DNA of 64,000 nucleotides from Deltaproteobacteria bacterium (GCA_016210005.1 JACQVA010000008.1:10625-74624), one strand, 5' to 3'. Counted from the stretch's first letter, positions 9,728-20,812 are shown. Notes: a model not told the origin generated them from the letters alone. A program made the numbers and translations.

Positions 9728-9842
9728 CGCGGGCTGACGCCCGCAACCCAAAGCTCGACAGGGGTATTCCGTCATGCCCGCAATCCTTAAGCGGGCATCC
9801 AGGGGCGGTGGGGCTCCGGATGGATTCCCGCCTTCGCGGGAA
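9728..9842. repeat. Cluster of three short GC-rich hairpins with GCGGG/CCCGC cores, resembling REP elements or a terminator.
   Basis: gcgggc-tgac-gcccgc; atgcccgc-aatccttaa-gcgggcat; ttcccgc-cttc-gcgggaa. They lie in the intergenic region between two minus-strand genes. Confidence 0.4.
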
Positions 9843-9889
9843 GGACGGAGGGAAATCTGCGCGCGACGCCAGGACTTTCGGCCATAGTT

Positions 9890-10765
9890 TCAGATCTTGT
9901 CCATTACCTGCCGGCGAAAGCGCTCGAACCAGCGGCGCGCCTCCTCCAAGTCGGGCGCTGGCACCGCCACCACCATGCGCTCGACCCCGGCGGCCGCGAG
10001 CTGTTCGGCGTGCTTGATCTCGGGCAGCCCGACGCAAGTCAACGGGATGGCCCCCGGGTCACGCCCGTGGCGCTGTGCCTCCGCGGTCATGATTGCGCGC
10101 AGCCCGGCGAGCTGAGAACCGAAGACGCCCAGCGGGAAGAAGCCGTTGCCGAGACGGCCGGCGCGGCGCGCCGCCGCCGCTGAATGCCCGCCAACGATTA
10201 TTGGCACCCCGCCCGCTTGCACCGGGGTAGGCCGCGATACGACCCGATCGAAATTGACGAACTCGCCGTGGAAGCTTGCGATCGGCTCGCGCCAGAGCGT
10301 GCGCATGACCGCGATGTACTCGTCGGCGCGGCGACCGCGGGTGTGGAAGTCGGTGCCGAGCGCTTGCGCCTCCTCGCGTACCCAGCCCACACCGATGCCC
10401 AACTCGACCCGTCCGCCGGAGAGGCGGTCCATCGTGGCCAGCTCCTTGGCTAGAATCAGCGGGTTGCGCTGCGGCAGGATGAGCACGCCGGTGGCCAAGC
10501 GGATCGTGCGCGTGTGTGCAGCCACGTAAGTCAGCCACAGTAACGGATCGGGCTGAACTACCTCCGCGGTGAACGGCGAACGGCCACTGGGGTCGTAAGG
10601 GTAGACGGAGTCGTATTCCACCGCCATGACCACGTGCTCGACCACCCAGATGGACTCGAAGCCGTACTGCTCGGCCATCTGAGCCAAGGCCACGCTGTAG
10701 TCCGGCGACTCCAGCGGGGCCCGGCCGTACGGCGGGATGACTCCGAATTTCATCGCTTCACGCAC
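9890..10765 (-). CDS. Luciferase-like monooxygenase (LLM-class, F420-dependent-type) oxidoreductase.
   Basis: MKFGVIPPYG...ESIWVVEHV and overall LLM composition. The start may be the MKFGV Met at 10753. Confidence 0.8.
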   Translation of the reverse strand: MREAMKFGVIPPYGRAPLESPDYSVALAQMAEQYGFESIWVVEHVVMAVEYDSVYPYDPSGRSPFTAEVVQPDPLLWLTYVAAHTRTIRLATGVLILPQRNPLILAKELATMDRLSGGRVELGIGVGWVREEAQALGTDFHTRGRRADEYIAVMRTLWREPIASFHGEFVNFDRVVSRPTPVQAGGVPIIVGGHSAAAARRAGRLGNGFFPLGVFGSQLAGLRAIMTAEAQRHGRDPGAIPLTCVGLPEIKHAEQLAAAGVERMVVAVPAPDLEEARRWFERFRRQVMDKI

Positions 10766-10816
10766 ACTCGATCTTGGCCGTGCCCGGGTGTCACTCGCAG
10801 TGCTGCGCCGCCGGCC

Positions 10817-11377
10817 TCACGACAGCGCCAGCCAAAGTAGCAGCAGCACGGTCGCCACCGGCCACACCCACGCCAGCTCGCCCGGACCGCCCGCGCCGGT
10901 TCTGGCGGCGGTGCGCCGGAGACGGATGAGGTGGTAAGTGGCCGTGGCGGCGCGCAGCGCCTCGTCGGTTATGCGCAGCGGATCAATGCCGGCGGCGCGG
11001 GCGGCGAGGCCGCTGTTCAGTAACACCGCGCGCAGCCACTCGCTCTGCGCGCCAGCGCCGGCAAGCTCCTCGGCCGTTGCGGCCCACCAGCCTTCGGGCA
11101 GCCACAGCTCGACCTGCGGCTGCGCCAGAATGTTGCGGTACCAGTCGGAGCCGCTGCCGAAGCCGGCAAGGCAGTAGACGTCGCCGCTGATGATCGCGTA
11201 GTTCAGCGGCGTGAAGCGGCGCCGGCCGCTGCGGCGGCCGGTATGGACCAGCACCATGATCCGTCCGCCGAGCGCGGGCCAGGCATTGACCCAAGCCCCC
11301 AGCCCCAAGCGCCACAACAGCAACATGAAGCGGTTGAAGTACTTGAATCCGCGGCGCAGCCGTTCTTCCACTGGCAC
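10817..11377 (-). CDS. Deazaflavin (F420H2)-dependent nitroreductase-family oxidoreductase of the DUF385 type.
   Basis: N-terminal motif FKYFNRFMLLLWRLGLG..MVLVHTGRRSGRRRFTPL, characteristic of this family. There is a hydrophobic C-terminal tail. Confidence 0.75.
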   Translation of the reverse strand: MPVEERLRRGFKYFNRFMLLLWRLGLGAWVNAWPALGGRIMVLVHTGRRSGRRRFTPLNYAIISGDVYCLAGFGSGSDWYRNILAQPQVELWLPEGWWAATAEELAGAGAQSEWLRAVLLNSGLAARAAGIDPLRITDEALRAATATYHLIRLRRTAARTGAGGPGELAWVWPVATVLLLLWLALS

Positions 11378-11395
11378 GATCGATCTCCGTCCGAG

Positions 11396-11887
11396 TCACG
11401 TCACCGCGGACCCCGCGCAGCGCACGTGCGCGGGAATGATGTCGGTGATCGGCAGCTGGGCCGGGCGCAGTGCCACCTCACATACGCTTACTCCGGGCTC
11501 AGCCTGCGAGCGCACGACGACGAAGCTGGCCCCGGCGCGCTCGGCAATCGCACGATCGAACGCCATCAGCCGATAACAGGCCGCGGTGTCGCCGCTGCCG
11601 CGCAAGGGGCAATGCACGCGCACTTCAGCCCAGACGGTGTCGCCGTCGATGCGGGTGATGGGCACGAGCGCCGGCGAGCCGAAGGCGCTCTGCCAGGCGC
11701 GGCCAATGCCCGCTGAAGTGGTTTGGCGGCGCACGCCGTGCACCCGCGCGGCAGCCGTGCCGAGCCAGCCGACTAGACACTGCGTCGGCCGTCGCAGCGG
11801 TGCCCGCCGAACCAGCGCGGCCAAGACCACCAGCCCGGCATTGAACGCGGCCGTCTCGACGGCGCGGAGGAGGGAGCGGGTTCGCAT
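11396..11887 (-). CDS. Hypothetical protein of about 163 aa, possibly ATC-hydrolase-like.
   Basis: Coding-like composition from MRTRSLLRAVETAAFNAGL...; no family was recognised with confidence. Confidence 0.4.
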   Translation of the reverse strand: MRTRSLLRAVETAAFNAGLVVLAALVRRAPLRRPTQCLVGWLGTAAARVHGVRRQTTSAGIGRAWQSAFGSPALVPITRIDGDTVWAEVRVHCPLRGSGDTAACYRLMAFDRAIAERAGASFVVVRSQAEPGVSVCEVALRPAQLPITDIIPAHVRCAGSAVT

Positions 11888-11978
11888 GCAGCACGTGAGC
11901 CAATAGCTGGCGCAACGGCCGGTGGTATAACTTGGGGGGCAGGATGGGCGCAAGCTGGCGGCGCGGAACGCTCCCGGC

Positions 11979-13052
11979 TCAGCCCTGCAGCAGCGCTACG
12001 ACCTCCCGCGCGCGCCGGGCGTCCTCGGCCGAGCGCAGCGGGAAGTCGGTGGGCAAGTTAATGGTGGTCAAGACCCCGCCCCAGCGCTCCTTCAAGAGCG
12101 CGCCGATTTCGTCGAGGTGGCCGATCGTGCCGAACTCCTGCGCCATCTCGTCGGGGACGAGCTTCGTCATTTCGTCCCACTTGCTCTCGAGCGACAGCGC
12201 GTGCAGCCGCAGACCGAGATCGCCGTAGCCGTGGGCGGCGAAGATCGGGTGATAGGTGCGGGTCGAGCCGTAGAACGCAACCCGGCGCTTGAGCAGTTGC
12301 TTCTCCCGCTGCAGCTCTTCCTGGTTGCGGCCGGTGACAATAATGGGCGCGCCGGTGATGTCGATGCCGGCCGGCTGGCGGCCGGCTTTGCGCGCCCCGG
12401 CGGCCACCTGGGGCAACATCACCTCGCGGATGTACTTGGCGGTGCACGCGGGATGGGGAAACACGCCGTCGCACAGCTCGCCGGCGAGCCGTGACATGTA
12501 GTTGTTGACGGCGGCGAGCTGGAGCGGAATATGCGGGTGCGCGATCGCGCCCGCGGTAAACACCGGCGGTGACATGGTGTACTGGTAGTGCTTGCCCTTG
12601 AAGTACGTCGGCTGCTTGTTGTCCTGGAAGGTCTTGAAGATGGCCTGCAAGCAGAGCACGTACTCGCGCATGCGCGGTCCCGGCGCCGCCGTCCATGGCA
12701 CACCGTAGCGCCGCTCGTTGTGGCCCTTGACCTGGGTGCCGAGGCCGAGGTGGAAGCGCCCGCCGGAGAAGCGCTGGAGATCCCACGCCATTTGCGCCAC
12801 CACCATCGGACTGCGCGGGAAAGCCACCGCCACGCCGGTGCTGAGCTTGATTCGCCCGGTGTGCTCGGCGGCGATGAGCAACGGGAAGAACGGATCGTGG
12901 CCGGCGGTCTCGGCGGACAGGATGCTGTCGAATCCGAGCTCCTCCAGCCGGCGCGCGGCGGCGGCGATGCCGGCGACGCCGAGCGATAGCGGCTCCTCGG
13001 TGAAGCTGTAGCCTTCAATCAAGGCGATGCCGACTTTCACTTGCTCCTCCAA
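11979..13052 (-). CDS. Luciferase-like monooxygenase (LLM-class, F420-dependent-type) oxidoreductase.
   Basis: 357 aa with the VKVGIALIEG start region and LLM signatures (HLGLGTQVKGH). The start may be the GTG at 13040 with a GGAGGAG RBS. Confidence 0.8.
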   Translation of the reverse strand: MEEQVKVGIALIEGYSFTEEPLSLGVAGIAAAARRLEELGFDSILSAETAGHDPFFPLLIAAEHTGRIKLSTGVAVAFPRSPMVVAQMAWDLQRFSGGRFHLGLGTQVKGHNERRYGVPWTAAPGPRMREYVLCLQAIFKTFQDNKQPTYFKGKHYQYTMSPPVFTAGAIAHPHIPLQLAAVNNYMSRLAGELCDGVFPHPACTAKYIREVMLPQVAAGARKAGRQPAGIDITGAPIIVTGRNQEELQREKQLLKRRVAFYGSTRTYHPIFAAHGYGDLGLRLHALSLESKWDEMTKLVPDEMAQEFGTIGHLDEIGALLKERWGGVLTTINLPTDFPLRSAEDARRAREVVALLQG

Positions 13053-13080
13053 GCAGGGGCGAGGACCCGCGTGCGGGTGG

Positions 13081-15969
13081 TCATGCTTTCTCCATCTCTA
13101 CCGGCGCTCCGCGCGGCGAATGTCCGGGCGAGCCGTAGAACATGCGATAGTGAATGTGGCCATAGCCGCCGGCGAGATGAATGGGCTTCCACGGCGCCTC
13201 GACCGGGTCCTGCTGCCCCTGCCAGTTCTTGAACTGGAAGGGCTCCCAGGCGTGGTAGATGATGACCTCGCCCGGCCGCACCGAGGGCGAGGTCTTAGCA
13301 ATGGCTTCGAACTCACCGGCGTCGTTGTGGACGCGGATGCGGTCACCGTCCTGGATCCCGCGCGGATCACAGTCGAGCGGGCTGACGTAGCAGACCGGCT
13401 CGCCCCGCTGCAGTCGCAGCATGAAGCGATGATCGCGCCAGATGGCGTGGATACTCCAGCGAGTGTGGCCGCCGTTGATGCGCAGCGGATACTTGCTGCC
13501 GGCGTGGGGCGGGTCCTTGTGCACCGGCAGTGCCTCGCCGGCCTCCAGGTACCACTCGTGGTCGAGGTAGAACTGCTGCCTGCCGGTGAGTGTCGGCCAC
13601 GGCACCTTGCCTTCAACGAACCAGCGGTGCGTCCAGTGCGTGTCCTGGGGATCGTAGTCACTACAGGTTTGATAGATCGGCGAAGGGCGCGCGGCCCCAA
13701 CGATGCGCACCGCGCCCAGGCGCACCGCCTCGGCGCCGCTGATGTTGCCGACGCTGGGGCTGTTGCTCATGATGTCGTCGATCAACTTGACCGGGTCCTG
13801 GGGGTCACGCGGATCATAGTGGCCGTTGGCGGTGTAATGGTCATAAGCCTTAGTGAGATCGAGGGGCTCGTCGTTGTAACCGCGCACCAGGCCGACGTTG
13901 CGCTCGCCGGCGCGCTGAGCGATGCGCTCGGCGAGCAAGGCAAAGATCTCCCAGTTCGGCTTGGCCTCACCCCGCGGCTTGGCCGCCTGGTCAGACAAAA
14001 TGACGTAGGAGACGTAGCTCTGGGCGTACTTGATGCCGTGCTGCTCGTAGTAGCCGGCGGTCGGTAGCACGTAATCGGCGTACATCGTCGTCGTGCTCAT
14101 GCGGAAGTTCACCGAAACAATGCAGTCGAGCTTCTTGAACAGGTGCTTCTTGGCGTACTGCGGCGCCGGCCAGCGGCGCAACGGGTTGGAGCCGGTGAAG
14201 ATGAGTGCGCGCGGGCGGCGGTCGGGCCGGGGATGCACCTTGGTCCAGCCGCGCTCGATCGACAGCTTCATGTACTCGTCCATCCCGCGCGGCAGTGCCG
14301 GGTCGACCAAATCCTTGCGCGACCACAGCTCGCGGTAGCCGCCGTGGACGTAGAGGAACGGCATCAGCGGGGTGTTGGGCGCTTTCTCGCTGTGCTGGGT
14401 GTACAGGTCCTCGTAATCGCGAGGGGTCAGGCCACGGATGGCCTTGGGAATTATCCGCAACATTTCGAGCGTGCTCATCTTGGAGCCGGTCATCTTCTCC
14501 TGGCCGTCCAAGGCCCACCAAGCGGCCACGCGCAAGCCGCTGCCGGGTTTGCCCTGATTGGCGGTGAGCGCCAGGAGCAGGATCATGGTGCGCTGGAACA
14601 GATCGCTGTGGTGGTGCTTGCACGCGCCCCACGAGGCGAAGATCATGGCGTTGTTGGCGGCGGCCACTTCGTGCGCGAATTGCCGGATCAACGCCGGCGA
14701 CAGCGTGGTGATCTGGCTGGCTTTCTCCGGCGTGTAGTCGGCCAGTTGTGCGCGCAGTCGTTCGAAGACCGGCTTGACCTGGACCTGCCGGCCGCCGGCC
14801 AGCTTCACCGTGAACTCTCCGGTGAGCGCGGGTTTAAGCGCGCCCAGCGCCAACGAGCGCCCGCCGTCGCCTTCGCAGCCCGGCACCCGTACGGGTTTCC
14901 CCGTGGCTTCGTCCCAGAAATAGAAGAGGTTGTCCGCGCCGCCGGCACGGAGGTCGGACTGGCGCAGGAAGCGGCCGGTGTCTTCGCGTACCAGGATGGG
15001 CAGATCGGTCTGCTCGCGGATGAAGTCGGCTTTGTAGAGGTTCTCGTCGATGATGACCTTGGCCGCCGCCAAGCCCAGCGCGGCGTCGCTCTCGGGCTTG
15101 ATGTTCATCCACATGTCGGCGTGGATAGCGCTGGCGTTGTAATCGGGGCCGATCACCACCACCTTGGCGCCGCGGTAACGGGCCTCGTACATGAAGTGGA
15201 CCTCGGGGATACGAGTGTAGACCGGGTTGCCGATCCAGACGATGATGTAATCGGAACGAAACCAATCGTCCGCGGTTCCCTCGCAATTGTACATGCCCCA
15301 GGTTTGCACGCAGCCCATGGGCATGTCGCCGACTCCGGACCACGAATCGAGGACGGTGGCACCGATCGCATCGGTGAGGCGCATCTCACCGGCGGTCTCC
15401 GGGCCGTAGCCGGCATTGGTAGTGCCGTGATCATGAACGATGGACTCGCTGCCCTCGGCCACGGCCGCATCGATTAACTTGTCGGCGATTTCGGTCACCG
15501 CTTGATCCCAGGAGATCCGCTCCCACTTGCCCTCGCCGCGCTCGCCCGTGCGCTTGAGCGGATAGAGCAGCCGCGTGTGACCGGCTTCGAGGTCGCTGTA
15601 GCAAGCACCTTTCTGGCAGCCGCGCGGGTTGAAGTCGGGCACGTCAGTACGCGGCCGCTCGTAGACCGCGTTCTGCTCTTCCTTCCAGACGATGCCGTCC
15701 TTGACGAACGCGTTCCACGAGCACGCCGACACGCAATTGGCCCGGGTGTGAGTGGTCTTGGCGACGCGATCCCACACCCACCGTTGGCGATAGATATCCT
15801 CCCACGTGCGATAGATCGGCGGCCCCCCCACCGCCTGCGCATCGGCGGCCGCGGCGGCGCTCGCACCGAGCTGCGGCTGTAAGCGCTGCAAGCCGAGAGC
15901 GAGTGTGGTCGCGCCCGCACCGATCAAGAAATCCCGTCGCGAAATCTGCATTGACGCCAAGTTACCCAT
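13081..15969 (-). CDS. Tat-exported NarG-like (type II DMSO-reductase family) molybdopterin oxidoreductase catalytic subunit.
   Basis: Twin-arginine signal SRRDFLIGAGA. FeS motif H-x3-C-x3-C (HTRANCVSACSWNAFVKDG). Nar-family blocks TLTGRQQFYLDHEWY and RWSIHAIW. 962 aa. Confidence 0.85.
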   Translation of the reverse strand: MGNLASMQISRRDFLIGAGATTLALGLQRLQPQLGASAAAAADAQAVGGPPIYRTWEDIYRQRWVWDRVAKTTHTRANCVSACSWNAFVKDGIVWKEEQNAVYERPRTDVPDFNPRGCQKGACYSDLEAGHTRLLYPLKRTGERGEGKWERISWDQAVTEIADKLIDAAVAEGSESIVHDHGTTNAGYGPETAGEMRLTDAIGATVLDSWSGVGDMPMGCVQTWGMYNCEGTADDWFRSDYIIVWIGNPVYTRIPEVHFMYEARYRGAKVVVIGPDYNASAIHADMWMNIKPESDAALGLAAAKVIIDENLYKADFIREQTDLPILVREDTGRFLRQSDLRAGGADNLFYFWDEATGKPVRVPGCEGDGGRSLALGALKPALTGEFTVKLAGGRQVQVKPVFERLRAQLADYTPEKASQITTLSPALIRQFAHEVAAANNAMIFASWGACKHHHSDLFQRTMILLLALTANQGKPGSGLRVAAWWALDGQEKMTGSKMSTLEMLRIIPKAIRGLTPRDYEDLYTQHSEKAPNTPLMPFLYVHGGYRELWSRKDLVDPALPRGMDEYMKLSIERGWTKVHPRPDRRPRALIFTGSNPLRRWPAPQYAKKHLFKKLDCIVSVNFRMSTTTMYADYVLPTAGYYEQHGIKYAQSYVSYVILSDQAAKPRGEAKPNWEIFALLAERIAQRAGERNVGLVRGYNDEPLDLTKAYDHYTANGHYDPRDPQDPVKLIDDIMSNSPSVGNISGAEAVRLGAVRIVGAARPSPIYQTCSDYDPQDTHWTHRWFVEGKVPWPTLTGRQQFYLDHEWYLEAGEALPVHKDPPHAGSKYPLRINGGHTRWSIHAIWRDHRFMLRLQRGEPVCYVSPLDCDPRGIQDGDRIRVHNDAGEFEAIAKTSPSVRPGEVIIYHAWEPFQFKNWQGQQDPVEAPWKPIHLAGGYGHIHYRMFYGSPGHSPRGAPVEMEKA

Positions 15970-16299
15970 GCTGCGTTCCTCTTACCGTTGCTACTGACTC
16001 GGCCCTCAAAAGAAGTGGTTCAGCGATCGTCCCAAACGCCTGTTTGGTAACATTTTGCCAGAAAACGACCACCGACAAATGTCATGACTTGGCCTGCCCA
16101 AAGGCGGTCGGCGTTGCCGGCCGACGCAGTGCTCGAGGTGTAAACGGGCGCTGAAGGCAAAGACCGCGAGGGGCTTCATGCTGAGAAGCGAGGCGACGGA
16201 GAACCAGATCACAGATGTGCACATCCCCGCGACCGGCAAGTTGTCAGAAGAATCGGTCACGGCTTCGGTCGGAAGCCAACGACCCCGGGCGGGCCCGCA

Positions 16300-16338
16300 C
16301 GCTTTGGGCAGCTTTCTGCCCAAGCGGCATAATGCCGC
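16300..16338. promoter_or_regulatory. Pair of perfect palindromes in the divergent intergenic region; candidate operator sites.
   Basis: ttgggcag-cttt-ctgcccaa followed immediately by gcggcat-a-atgccgc. The region 15970-16500 also has lower GC and a third hairpin ggcttc-ggtc-ggaagcc at about 16261. Confidence 0.35.
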
Positions 16339-16503
16339 GATCCTGCAAGGAGGCCGAGACAAACCTCGCAGCCCCGCGGCATGGCCGCAGAATTCGCTTG
16401 AAAAAGTTTAAGTGCCCATGGTAACCGTGATTGTCGGTCGGCAATGCGAATCGCATGGTAGCGCCAAAGAGCAGATATCGAGCCCGCGCACGGGCTACCA
16501 GCC

Positions 16504-17228
16504 GTGCCGCGTGGTGGCGCCGCCGGTCTTGAAGAGAGAGAGCTCGTGATCAGATCAGAGGGATCGCTGCCTGAGGCAGCACGCCAGTCGCATGGCATTA
16601 GTTCGCCCAGTGAACCACGGGTTCGCGGCGATGGCGACCTGGTGGTGGTGCAGCCGGCGGTGTTGGCAACGGTCGATCACACCTTCGGCAACATCTTCCA
16701 GCGCCTGTACCACCTGATTCGTACCGCTGCGAGCGGCAACAGCGGAGCGCTGACGACGTTGGAGACGTCGGTGCGCGAACTGCAATCACTGCTGGAGCTT
16801 TTCGTTGATTACGTGGCGCCGACGCCGATGGCTATGCGCTGCCTGAGGATGAGCGATGTCGCCACCAGCTTTCGACGCCACCTCGACGATGGCGTGGGCG
16901 CAGGGCGCGTAGATGTTGTCGTGAGTGAGACGGCTGGCGCGACGGTGACTGCGGACCCCGCCTGTCTGGCGCGGGTTTTCCGCCTGCTAGCGCAGTCCTT
17001 GTGTGCCAGTGCGAGTCCGGCCGGCGTGCGGGCGGCTTGTGGGTTGTCTTCTGAGGAGGGGGGACACTTCGAAATCAGCGTCGTCGGCCCGGGTTCCGTG
17101 GCGACACCACTAACCGAATTACGCTGGGCGCTGGCGCAGAAACTGATCGAACTCCAAGGCGGAGATCTGCGTCAGGAGGTCAACGAGGGTGGGCAGCGAT
17201 GGACCATCCGGTTGCCGCAAGGGGTGGC

Positions 17229-17232
<4 letters not shown>
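16504..17232 (+). CDS. Sensor histidine-kinase-like protein: soluble, with a degenerate ATP-binding region.
   Basis: The H-box-like VDHTFGNIFQRLYHL is followed by an HATPase-like region lacking clear G1/G2 glycine boxes. Its stop overlaps the response-regulator start (ATGA). An alternative GTG start lies at about 16546. Confidence 0.45.
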
Positions 17233-18635
<1,403 letters not shown>

Positions 18636-18757
18636 GTCTGGCGCGGATGCAGTGCCTGGCAGAGCTGCAAGCGGAAAACCGGTGCTTTGCCACGACAGTT
18701 GGTGGAGCGCCTGCCTCGCTGCCGTGTGTATCGCCGGCGGCGTTCATTGACCACTCA

Positions 18758-18772
18758 TGGCACAGCTGTTGC
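18758..18772 (+). promoter_or_regulatory. Sigma-54 (-24/-12) promoter.
   Basis: TGGCAC-agctg-TTGC matches the consensus TGGCAC-N5-TTGC exactly. It sits 25 bp upstream of the ATG at 18797. Confidence 0.6.
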
Positions 18773-18796
18773 GCCACAACGACACGGGGATGATCC

Positions 18797-20803
18797 ATGT
18801 ACTGTGACTTCTACCAGATGTCGGAGCGCCCATTTAACGTGACTCCCGATCCCAAATGCCTCTACCTTAACGCACGCTATCGGGAGGCATTGGCGGCGCT
18901 CCAGTACGGCATCTCGCAGCGCAAAGGATTCATTACGCTCATCGGCGAAGCGGGCACCGGCAAGACGACTTTGCTCAAGCGGCTGCTCGACGAGTTCGAC
19001 CAAAAGACCCGCTCGGTCTTCATCTTCAATACGCACGTCTCGTTCGAGGAGATACTCGAGTACATCTTCGCCGAGTTCGATCTCCCCGTCCACAACGGCA
19101 AGAAGCTCTACATGCTGCAGCGGTTGAACACCTTCCTGCTCGAAGAGCTGCGCGGGGGCGGCAACGTGGCGTTGCTGATCGACGAGGCCCAAGACCTCGA
19201 CTTCGCTGTCCTCGAAGACTTGCGCCTGCTCTCCAACTTGGAAACCGCGAAGGAGAAGATCTTGCAAATCGTTCTCTCCGGCCAGCCCGAGTTGGGCGAG
19301 AAGCTGAATAACCCGAACTTGCGGCAGCTGCGCCAGCGCATAGCCGTCAGCTGCCGGCTGCAACCGCTGTCGCGGGAGGAGCTTGGTGAGTACGTTCAGT
19401 ACCGGCTGCATGCCGTCGGGTGCAGTGATCTGAAGCTCTTCTCGCGCGATGCCGAGGATCAGCTCTACCATTTTTCGCACGGCATTCCGCGGCTGATAAA
19501 TGTGGTGTGCGACAATGCCTTAGTGATCGGCTACGCGCTGGGGAAAAAGCGCATCGGCGGAGATGTTATCAGCGAGGCGGCGGCCGATCTGATGCCGCTG
19601 CAAGAGGTGCGCGAGATTGTGGTTCCTAAAGACGTCCCGCCCGCGCCGGTGGTGGCCGCGGGTGTGCCGTTGCCATCGCGCGCCCGCATCGGGCTGATAG
19701 CGATGGTGCTGGTGGCGATTGCCGTCGGGCTGCTATCCGTCGGGCGCAGCATGTTGCAGCGCCCGGACGGCGGCGAACCGGCCGCCGGTAGCGCCGAACG
19801 GGGGGCAGCGGTGGCGCGGCCGCCCGAGGTGATTCGCCCCGGTTCCCGGGCGGCTGAGCCGGTGGTGGAGCCGGCGCCGCCCGAGGCCGCCGGGCGCGGT
19901 GTGGTACGCCCGCTCGAGGTGCCGGCACCGGCGCCGGCGCAAGAAGCACCGGCCGACTCGCCGTTTTCGGATGCGGGCGCGGCGAGCGCGCCGGTGTCGC
20001 AGGTGGCGGCGCAGCGGTTCGAGCGCGTTGCCCCTAGTGCTGACGAGCCACCGCCTGCCGCCGCTGCTAATAAAGCCGGCGAACCGGAGCAGCTTGCTAG
20101 CGTTGACGCGGTGCCCCACCCCGAGCCGATGGTCTCCGAGCCGATTGCCTCCGAGGCGCCACCGCTGGCTAACGGGCGCGAACGCGCGCGGGCGGCAGAT
20201 GAGCCCCGCCCACAGCGCGCTGCCGAGCGTGCCGCGGTGGCCAGTGCCCCATCGGCGACGACGCTATGGGATGCGGAAGCTGCACCGGTGCCGGCGCCCG
20301 TGCCGGCACCGGTCGCGCTGCCGCCAGAGGAGGGCGAGGCGGGAGTGATGCGGCTGGCGACCAACCAGATGGAGCGGGTGATCGTGCAGCCGGGCGACTC
20401 GGTATCTCGGATCGCGCTCAAGAAGTATGGCCAGGCCAACTACACCATCCTCGACTTGCTGAAGCTGGCCAACCCGAACTTGCGCGATGTCAATGTCATC
20501 GCCGTCGGTCAGGCGTTGCAGCTGCCGGACTTGAGCGAAAGCTCGGTGGTATCGGCCGGCGATCGTCGTTTCGGTGTCCTGGTCTACTCGACCACCGAAG
20601 CGGCGCGCGCCGCGGCGTTGGACGCCGCGTTGCGGGCACGGGGCCAGCGCAGCCGAGTGAGCCGCGCTGAGTTAGGCGCCGGCCGCCCGATCTTTCGGGT
20701 TGTGATCGAAGGCTTTGCGGAGCGAAACGCTGCCGCCGCGGCCAGCAAGGAAGTCCAGCGCTTGTTTCGTGAGGACAGCCGCATGGCGCTGCTGGTGCGC
20801 TAG
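18797..20803 (+). CDS. ExeA/GspA-like AAA ATPase of the PEP-CTERM-locus type. It has a TM segment, an Ala/Pro-rich linker, and C-terminal LysM and SPOR domains.
   Basis: Walker A GEAGTGKTT plus the ExeA-like N-terminus; hydrophobic segment IGLIAMVLVAIAVGLL; LysM-like VQPGDSVSRIALKKYG; SPOR-like C-terminus FGVLVYSTTEAARAAAL...FRVVIEGF. Confidence 0.8.
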   Translation: MYCDFYQMSERPFNVTPDPKCLYLNARYREALAALQYGISQRKGFITLIGEAGTGKTTLLKRLLDEFDQKTRSVFIFNTHVSFEEILEYIFAEFDLPVHNGKKLYMLQRLNTFLLEELRGGGNVALLIDEAQDLDFAVLEDLRLLSNLETAKEKILQIVLSGQPELGEKLNNPNLRQLRQRIAVSCRLQPLSREELGEYVQYRLHAVGCSDLKLFSRDAEDQLYHFSHGIPRLINVVCDNALVIGYALGKKRIGGDVISEAAADLMPLQEVREIVVPKDVPPAPVVAAGVPLPSRARIGLIAMVLVAIAVGLLSVGRSMLQRPDGGEPAAGSAERGAAVARPPEVIRPGSRAAEPVVEPAPPEAAGRGVVRPLEVPAPAPAQEAPADSPFSDAGAASAPVSQVAAQRFERVAPSADEPPPAAAANKAGEPEQLASVDAVPHPEPMVSEPIASEAPPLANGRERARAADEPRPQRAAERAAVASAPSATTLWDAEAAPVPAPVPAPVALPPEEGEAGVMRLATNQMERVIVQPGDSVSRIALKKYGQANYTILDLLKLANPNLRDVNVIAVGQALQLPDLSESSVVSAGDRRFGVLVYSTTEAARAAALDAALRARGQRSRVSRAELGAGRPIFRVVIEGFAERNAAAAASKEVQRLFREDSRMALLVR

Positions 20804-20812
20804 AGGTCCAGG

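Noticed and set aside
16050-16075. Possible sigma-54 promoter TGGTAACATTTTGCC upstream of the kinase gene.
   Set aside because: The spacing between the GG and GC elements is one nucleotide short, and -24 is TGGTAA instead of TGGCAC; it was not retained.
19531-20439. Minus-strand ORF of 302 aa antisense to the ATPase linker.
   Set aside because: It is a shadow of the Ala/Pro-rich low-complexity linker of the plus-strand ExeA-like ATPase (Ser/Gly/Ala/Thr-rich, no motifs).
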